Source: Octopus sinensis (lineage: Eukaryota). From it: a stretch of 64,000 nt of DNA. Below the pieces are notes generated by a model, which was given only the letters and a program-made list of their open reading frames with translations, was not told where the DNA came from and made no database searches. A program made the position numbers and the translations under genes. Every line of letters begins with the position of its first letter. The stretch's first letter is position 1. Below are positions 28,235 to 36,783 of this stretch, one piece after another. Location: NCBI RefSeq assembly GCF_006345805.1, contig NC_043013.1:30876001-30940000 (forward strand), read 5' to 3'.

Positions 28235-28275
<41 letters not shown>

Positions 28276-28513
28276 CATATATGGTATGTGTATACGAATA
28301 CACACACACACATATATATATATATATGCATACATTTATTTTCATATGTCTATACATATAAGAGTTAATTTATATGTATTTACATTTACCAATCTTTATC
28401 AATCTACCTATATAGACATATATACGTACACACATAAACATATATACACCTTTATAAACCTATATACACACGCGCAGGTATATGGATATATATTATACTT
28501 ATTATATTACATC

Positions 28514-28576
<63 letters not shown>

Positions 28577-29217
28577 AACGCGTGTAATATACATTCTGTT
28601 TCCGAAAACTAACAATACAGTAACAAAAATCTAATTATCCGGAAGGAGATTCACAGCTAAGTATCATCTTGATATCAAATATTATATTAATATCAGATAC
28701 ACGTGTTGAAGTATTGCTTCTTTCGGTAGAAAAACAATTTACTTCAAAATATTGATGGAATAATAATTTCAGTTCTCAAATTTATTTTGCATAACTATAA
28801 CAACATTTTGTTTCTTTATATATAAATCAACATCAGTATATGGAAATGTCAGTTGGATTTCATTAATAGATGTTAAGGTGATTAGATGAGGATGGAAGGG
28901 AAAATGCATCGATGTTGAACATGTGTGGCGTAGTACATATACATTGCATGAAAATGTTTCTTTCCGAAATAATTGGTGTTATAGTTTTTCTGAAATATCT
29001 TATTTTCATTGAATATTAAATTTGAGAATTTAATCTAGATATATTTTGAATTATTTCCGATAAAGAAGCAGCTCACACGATCTGACGCACGTACATTGCA
29101 ATCCGTGTTATTTCGAACTAATAGCATAAATTCATGCTCATCCCTTGCCACCCTCTTAAAAGGTTTTAAACTTTTGTATTACATAGAGTAATCTCGCCTT
29201 AAAATATATCTTTACAA

Positions 29218-29355
29218 TGATGGAGTAGCTGTGTGGTAAGTAGCTTGCTTACTAACCACATGGTTCCGGGTTCAGTCCCACTGTGTGACACCTTGGGCAG
29301 GTGTCTTCTACTATAGCCTCGGACCGACCAAACCGTCGTGTATATGTGTATACAC

Positions 29356-29388
<33 letters not shown>

Positions 29389-29555
29389 AGTTTGTGTGTC
29401 TGTATTTGTCCCTTCAACATCTCTTGACAACATACGCTGGTGTGTTTACGTTCCCGATAGAATAAGTCCTGGGTTCGATTTGCTCGACTACAGGCGGTGC
29501 TCCAGCATGGCCACAGTCACATGACTGAAACAAGCAAAAGAGGAAAAGAGTAAAG
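29218..29555 (+). mobile_element. SINE-A copy with internal deletions
   Basis: gtagctgtgtggtaagtagcttgcttactaaccacatggttccgggttcagtccc ... ggcggtgctccagcatggccacagtcacatgactgaaac. Confidence 0.9.
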
Positions 29556-29841
29556 ATACCCATTTGTTTTCACGGTATCAACGTGTATATGTCTATGCTT
29601 GTGTCTTCGCGTGTGTATGTGTATGTGTGTGTGTGCGCGCGCGACGTGGTTTGATACAGGTACTCAGAAAGTGTAGGACATATTTGGTTGTATGTATATA
29701 TGTTATGTATGTGTTTACGCATTATTACAGAAAATACCATAAAGATAATTTAAGACAGTATTTTTACAGTATTACTTTGTCAATATATATTTACCATTGT
29801 CCTACTTATTTACACACACACACACTGACATACACACACAC

Positions 29842-29913
<72 letters not shown>

Positions 29914-29916
<3 letters not shown>

Positions 29917-31539
29917 AAGTATCATGTCGATGTCCGGCGAGGAGAGACATTCAGGCCAGTTTTGTTTGAGGATCTCTTTCTCAATTTGTTTCCAGTTTGC
30001 CTTATTGAAGTTCAAGCTGGAAAGATTCTGAGGGTTTCTTGTAGGCTGCATGTCCGTGCTCTCTTTTGGCCCGTACATGGTCAGCTCTACCATGTTGTGA
30101 TCCGAGAGTAGTGTCGGTGTCACTTTCACATTATGGATGAGATCCATATTATTTGTGAAGCAGAGATCCAGTGTGTTACCCGCTCTGGTTGGTTGGAGTA
30201 TTACTTGCTCCATGTACAGGGTGTTGGTGAGGTTCAGGAGGGACCTCGCCTGTCCTCGTTCACATCTTGTCATTCCTGGGAGAGAAAGGCCCTCGGGCCA
30301 TCTGACATTCGGTAGATTGAAATCTCCCATGAGAAGTACACTTATGTGTTGTTCTAATGTGGTTAGAACTTCTTCTATTTTTAAAAGGCAGTCCTCAAAC
30401 TTGCCCATATGACTTGGGGCATCTGGAGGGCGATATGTAGCACACACAACTACATCAAGTTGCCTTATGTGTACAATTAGTGTGTCACACACCGAGTTTG
30501 TGTATGACAAAAAGACCTGGGGTGTGAGGTCCCCACGGATGTACATAGCAACTCCTCCATGACTTCTTTCTTTCCTGTCGGTCCGTAGTACAACATACTG
30601 TGGTATGTGTAATTCCGCATCTGCTATGTCCGGTTTCAGATGCGTTTCTGTGAGTGCTATGCATAAGGCTTGATTGCATGCGACAAAGTCGTATGCTGTT
30701 GCCGGTGGTGTCCACCCTGGGTCCATCTGCTGTGGCGGTCTTGTGAACCGTGGGCAGTTCCATCTGCGAGCCTGAGCCTGATGGAGCCAGGTTAGCTGCT
30801 GTACAATCTTTTGTGCCATGCACAAAAAAGATTCCTGCTCAGCAGCTGCCCTCTCAACAACACGTTGGTGGTTTGTGGTACGCACCACATCTGCGTACCT
30901 CCGCTTTGGGGCCGGTGATGCGTGGTCCATCCCATTTCCTTTCGGTGGTTGGTTTCTGTGGCAGGGTCCCGGATGTGCAAAGCGGCAGCCTGCACCTTCC
31001 TCTCCATGCCGGCAGGCACCTTTCAGGTAGAACCTACATACCCGTGTGCGCTGCTTGTTTCCATCCTTTTTGGCATATGGACAGTTAGGTTTGCCTCTAT
31101 CCCTGGCTGCCTTGCCCTTGGCTTTGTCTGAGTTTTAGCTTCAGTTTTTCCTCTTTTTTTGGCCTCTTCATCTCCATGTCCATGGCTTTTGGTGCCGGTA
31201 GGAGCATCCGTACCTGGGTTCACCTCCCGGGCAGGCCTCTCGCTGGAGTTTTCTTCCTGGGCGTCCACCAGGTGGGGGTGACCATCCTCATCTGCGCCCG
31301 CGTCTCCATCCTTGCCATCTTTACTTTGTTCGCGTTTTTCGCTGTTAAAAATGGCATCCAGTGTGTTTATGTGCGATCTGACAAGTGCGTATGAGCGTAC
31401 GAACTCTTGCCTCTTCCGCTCTATTTGTGCTGACGTCCTTTTGATCCTTTGTTCCCCAGTGCTGCCGCAATTATGCCACTTGGACCCTCTCCGTCAGCGC
31501 ATTGCCATCCTCGCAGGAACCACGCCAGCCCACCACGCC
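29914..31539 (-). mobile_element. Inverted 5' segment (ORF1 plus endonuclease) of a CR1-group LINE
   Basis: The reverse complement aligns to about 35890-37612 of the full-length copy: Myb-like RGGLAWFLRGWQC...IAAALGNKG, CCCH CRFYLKGACRHGEEGAGCRFAH, and APE TETHL, GDFNLP, SDHN. Confidence 0.92.
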
Positions 31540-33700
31540 TAATGCAAGCCATATGCTACAAATGTGTCCCAGAGAGAAAGGCCACTGTACACAAGAACAA
31601 AATCCCCAGAGAGAGAAAAATTTTAATGAGACGGCGCACAAAAATCTCAAATCGCCTAAACAAACAAATTGAAAGCAGTGAGAAGTCCCGCCTGAAAATA
31701 AAACTGTTGGAATTTGAAAATTGTCTGCAACTCTCCCATGAGAAGGAAAGAGCAGACAAAGAAGCCTGGGCTATAGACAACATAAAAACTAACCCCAGAG
31801 CTTTCTACAGGTATGCCAAGAAACAGCTACGGTGCACTGTAGGATAGGGCCACTCCTTGAAAAGGATGGCACACTCACAGGAAAACCAATGAGGGTAAGT
31901 GAAATACTGAATGAACAATTCAAGAGTGTTTTCACTCCACCCCTTGGGCATTTCCAAATCAGCAATCCAACTGACTTTTTTACCACTGCAGATATAGAAT
32001 CAGAGGCGGCGACGTTAAATTACATCGATATAAAGGAAGACGATGTAATAAAGGCTATAGATGAAATGAAAATAGACTCAGCTATTGGCCCCGATGGATT
32101 CCCGGCAATCCTCCTAAAAGTATGTAAGAGAGTCTTAGCAAGACCACTGCAGTTCCTCTTTCAGAGCTTCCTTGCAGCTGGCAAACTTCCAAGAAAACTG
32201 AAGAAGGTAAAATATGCCCTATTCATAAAGGAGGTAGCAGAGCGGAGGCCAAGAACTACAGACCTATCTCTCTGACCTCACACATCAGCAAGGTCATGGA
32301 ACGAATAGTCAGAAGGAAACTAATCACCTTCCTTGAAGAAAATGACTTGCTGCCTGACACCCAACATGGTTTCCGACCAGGAAGAAGCTGCTTAACTCAG
32401 CTCCTGCAGCACTATGACTGGGTGCTGAAACAACTGCTCAACCACTCAAATGTGGAAGTCATATATCTCGACTTCGCAAAGGCCTTCGATAAAGTCGATC
32501 ATGGAATGATATGTCACAAACTGCGTGATCTTGGCATAGTTGGAAAACTAGGAGAATGGCTTCACGACTTTCTAAAGAATAGAAGTCAGGTGGTAGTAGC
32601 CAATGGGGCCACTTCCATTAGCACGCAAATAGTGAGCGGTGTTCCACAGGGCACTGTTTTGGGACCACTACTGTTCATAATGGCCCTCTCAGACATGCCC
32701 TCAGCCACGCGGAGAGCCACGATCACAAGTTATGCAGATGATACAAAAGTTTCACAGGCAATACAGAACCCTGAAGACACTAGGCACCTGCAATATGAGC
32801 TGGACGAAATATACAAGTGGGCTGAAAAGAATAGCATGCAGTTCAATGCTGAAAAGTGTCAAGCTTTATACTATCAGCATGCAAAACTGAATGCAATATC
32901 CAAGGAATACACTGGACCCGGAGGGATTGCAATCCCAGAGGCACAATCAGTGCGTGACCTGGGTATTCACATGAGTGATGACGCGACCTTTCATGTACAT
33001 GTTGCTAAACTGACAGTGAAATGCAGACGGCTGGCTGGATGGATTCTTAGAACCTTTAGAACAAGAGAACAAGAAACCATGATGGTCCTCTGGAAGACAC
33101 TTGTCCTAAGTCACTTTGACTATTGCTCTCAGCTATGGTCACCATCCAGTGTCAAGTTGATCACAGAACTTGAGGCGATCCAACGAAGCTACACGAAGAA
33201 GATAGCCTCTATGCAGAATGTAAGCTACTGGGAAAGACTCAAGAGATTAAAATTATATTCCCTGGAGCGTAGGCGGGAAAGATATGCCATAATATACATC
33301 TGGAAGATCCTGGAGGGAAGTGTCCTGAACTTTGGCATCGAGAGTTACGCAAACGCCAGAACTGGGCGCCACTGCGTGGTGCCTAGGACAAGATTCTGTG
33401 ATAGCCTGGGCTTCCGAGGCCCACAGCTCTTCAATATCCTCCCGATGAACCTGAGAGACCTGCATGGGGTGGATACAGATGTCTTTAAAATGGAGCTGGA
33501 TCTATTCCTGTCAGGTGTCCCAGATGAACCAACTTCACGGCAGGAGGGGCAGATGAGGGCAGCTGCATCGAACTCTCTCATGCACCAAATAGCAGTTGCT
33601 AGAAAGCCTCCATGAAGTGAAACCAAGTAGCAACACCAAATGGCGGTGCCCCAGCATGGCCACAGCTCGTAAGCTGAAACTGGAATCAATCAATCAATCA
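31540..33700 (+). mobile_element. Direct 3' segment (RT region, frameshifted) of the same CR1 insertion
   Basis: Starts taatgcaagccatatgc (equivalent to 37627 of the full-length copy). Has QHGF, DFAKAFD, GVPQG and YADD motifs, 1-nt deletions, a 27-nt in-frame deletion and an (AATC)n tail. Confidence 0.95.
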
Positions 33701-34814
33701 TATAATAGAGAGGTGTCTATTCCAATGAGTATATTCATCTACGCTTTATTATTCACGGACATTAAATATCGTTTATCACAGGATATTATTATATTATTAA
33801 TCTCAAAATACGTGCGTACAAAATTGTCCCAGTTGTTTACACTTAAAACGTTTCTACTTTTATCTAATATTCATTTTCATAAACATGTCAAAATCGATTG
33901 AGCGTTATATTTTACAGCATTCCTTATCTTTAACTTCGATATTTAGGATTATAATATTTGTTTTATAATGGAGATCTACACACGAAATCATGTTGGAAAC
34001 TATATTTGTATATTCTGAGTTCACATAAATTTAATGTATAATTTTATCCTATATGTAAATATAAAGGCAGTCTTGTGTTTTCAAAATTAATATTTAATAT
34101 TTCTCTTGCCTCAGAACTGCGTGCGTGAATGTTGCTCAGGATTACGTAAATCTTATCTGCAATGAGCACTCAGAAACATATCAATATATATTTGGAAATT
34201 CAGTATTTACATCAATAGATACATATTCGATGATATTTTTCTTCAAACACACAGGCACGCACCTACACATACATGCACACATAGACACACACGTGTATAT
34301 ATATGTATATCACGGTGACGGTGATATACATATATACATATAAGATATACATATATACATATAAGAAAGACGTGATTGCCTTTGCTCTGTGAAAAAGTTT
34401 GCATAGAACGGCGAAATAACCCACTGTAGTTGCAAAACGTAAAACTCTAAGTCACAGAGATCACTACAACACTTTGGTTAAAAATATTTTAAAAAATATA
34501 TATATAAATATATACATATACACAGTCATTTTCATTTTCGCCGAAACGCACATGGTGCAAAAATAACTGAATCAAGTTATCTCCTGCAAGAAAGAAAAAA
34601 GAAGCATCTCTCCTGAAAAAAATCCCGTAAACCAAAAAAAATAATCCAGACCACATTGTTGGATTAAGTATCAATTTCATCTATTTCATATTTTATTTAA
34701 TATTTTATTTATTATTCTATTTTATCTTTCACTTAGGCCCACATCTTAGTTAAAGTTGCGATCGTCATTTTGTTTTGTTTACATTATCAATAACTGTTCT
34801 CGATATAATAATTT

Positions 34815-35815
34815 TCCAGATACTCTATCTTCTAATTAGCCTTAAGATTAAATTAAATAACGTTTAATATTGATACCGTCAAATTAGCCTTAGGATTAAA
34901 TTAAATAACGTTTAATATTGTTTAATATTGTTAATAATTATTGTTAATTAGCCTTAAGATTAAATTAAATAACGTTTAATATTGTCTTAATATTGTTAAT
35001 AATTTTTCAGATACTCTATCTTCTAATTAGCCTTAAGATTAAATTAAATAACGTTTAATATTAATAATGTCTAATTAGCCTTAAGATTAAATAAATAACG
35101 TTTAATATTGTTTAATATTGTTAATAATTATTGTTGATTAGCCTTAAGATTAAATTAAATAACGTTTAATATTGTTTAATATTGTTAATAATTCTTCAGA
35201 TACTCTATCTTCTAATTAGCCTTAAGATTAAATTAAATAACGTTTAATATTACCCACACTCTAATATAATATTAACATTGCTAATATATTTTCAGATACT
35301 CTATCTCCTGATTAGCCTTAAGATTAAATAACGTTTTTATCCACACTCTAATATAATATTAATATTGCTAATATATTTTCAGATACTCTATCTTCTAATT
35401 AGCCTTAAGATTAAATTAAATAACGTTTAATATTAATAATGTCTAATTAGCCTTAAGATTAAATTAATAACGGTTAATATTGCTTAATATTGTATATATA
35501 ATTTTTCAGATACTCTGTCTTCTAATTAGCCTTAAGATTAAATTAAATAACGTTTAATATTACCCACACTCTAATATAATATTAATATTGCTAATATATT
35601 TTCAGATACTCTATCTCCTAATTAGCCTTAAGATTAAACAACGTTTTTATCCACACTCTAATATAATATTAATATTGCTAATACATTTTCAGATACTCTA
35701 TCCCCTAATTAGCCTTAAGATTAAATAACGTTTTTACCCAAATAACGTTTTTACACAAACTTTAATATTGTTAATATTTCTTTTTCAAGTACTCTATCTT
35801 CTAATTAGCCTTAAT
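34815..35815 (+). repeat. Variable-unit minisatellite array (14 cores), probable LINE 5' UTR
   Basis: Core aattagccttaagattaaa...taacgttt counted 14 times, often preceded by cagatactctatcttct. Ends about 60 bp before the ORF1 ATG. Confidence 0.85.
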
Positions 35816-35875
35816 ATCTTCCTGTCTTCTCTCGAACATAATTAGATAGATAAACGGATAGACGGATTATCCAGC

Positions 35876-36259
35876 ATGTCCAGAGCATGGAGACGTGACG
35901 AGCTGGATTTATTTGTACGAGCATGGGAGTGCGCCGGCGGAGATAGCCCTAGGGAGGTGATTGCGGCTGCGCTGAAGAGCAGAGGCTACAAGAGGACAGC
36001 GGCTCAGATGGAGCGAAAGAGACAGGAATTCGTGCGCTCATATGCGCTTGTACGGTCGCACATTGGCGCACTTGATGCCATCTTTGAGAACGAGCGGAGC
36101 AAAGATAGCAAGAATGGAGACGATGAAAGAAGTCACCCCCACCTGGTGGACGCCCGGGAGGAGGTTTTGAATGAGAAACCTGCCCGGGAAGTGAACCCAG
36201 GTGCAAGTTCTCCAACCGGCAGCAAGGGCCATGGAGACGGAGAACCCGTGAAGAGGTAG
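35876..36259 (+). CDS. LINE ORF1 N-terminal part: Myb/SANT-like (trihelix-type) domain plus acidic linker
   Basis: AWRRDELDLFVRAW...VIAAALKSRGYKRTAAQMERKRQEFVRSY fits by eye the W..E...L...W...IA..L..RGY.RT..Q...K...Y pattern. Conserved in the second copy. Confidence 0.65.
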   Translation: MSRAWRRDELDLFVRAWECAGGDSPREVIAAALKSRGYKRTAAQMERKRQEFVRSYALVRSHIGALDAIFENERSKDSKNGDDERSHPHLVDAREEVLNEKPAREVNPGASSPTGSKGHGDGEPVKR

Positions 36260-36783
36260 AGGGAGGAAGAAGAACTAAAAGAAGGACTGGAAGAGCTAAA
36301 GGAAAAGAAAAAGCTCAAGCAGGACCAAAGAGTGAAACAACCAGAAATAGAAGTGGAACCGCAAAGGATGGAACCAAACAGCGCACACGGGTGTGTATGT
36401 TCTACCTGAGAGGTTCCTGCTGGCATGGAAAGGAAGGTGCAGGCTGCCGCTTTGCACATCGGGGACCCTGCCACAGAGACACGAGGCAGATGGACAAACC
36501 ATCAACACAAAGAAAAGGGATGGACCACGCACCACCTGCCCCAAAGCGGAGGTACGCAGATGTTGTGCGCGCCACAAACAGCCAACATGATGTCGAAAGA
36601 GCAGCTGCTGAGCAACAATCTTTTTTGTGCATGGCACAAAAGATTGTACAGCAGCTGACCTGGCTTCATCAAACCCAAGCCCGCAGGTGGGACTACCCAC
36701 TATATACCAGACCACCACAGCAAACAGACACAGGATGGACACCGCCGGCAACAACGTACACCTCACCTCGATACTCCTACTGA
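36175..36783 (+). CDS. LINE ORF1 C-terminal part (-1 frame): basic linker, CCCH zinc finger, helical C-terminus
   Basis: The frame is open from 36175. CMFYLRGSCWHGKEGAGCRFAH is C-x7-C-x8-C-x3-H. Synonymous substitutions versus the second copy (gct aaa gga aaa / gcc aag ggc aag). Confidence 0.75.
   Translation, partial: ETCPGSEPRCKFSNRQQGPWRRRTREEVEGGRRTKRRTGRAKGKEKAQAGPKSETTRNRSGTAKDGTKQRTRVCMFYLRGSCWHGKEGAGCRFAHRGPCHRDTRQMDKPSTQRKGMDHAPPAPKRRYADVVRATNSQHDVERAAAEQQSFLCMAQKIVQQLTWLHQTQARRWDYPLYTRPPQQTDTGWTPPATTYTSPRYSY

Noticed and set aside
34815-35815. CRISPR-like appearance (repeated core with variable intervening sequence)
   Set aside because: The intervening segments are themselves reused sub-repeats of variable length rather than unique spacers. 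No cas genes, and the context is eukaryotic.
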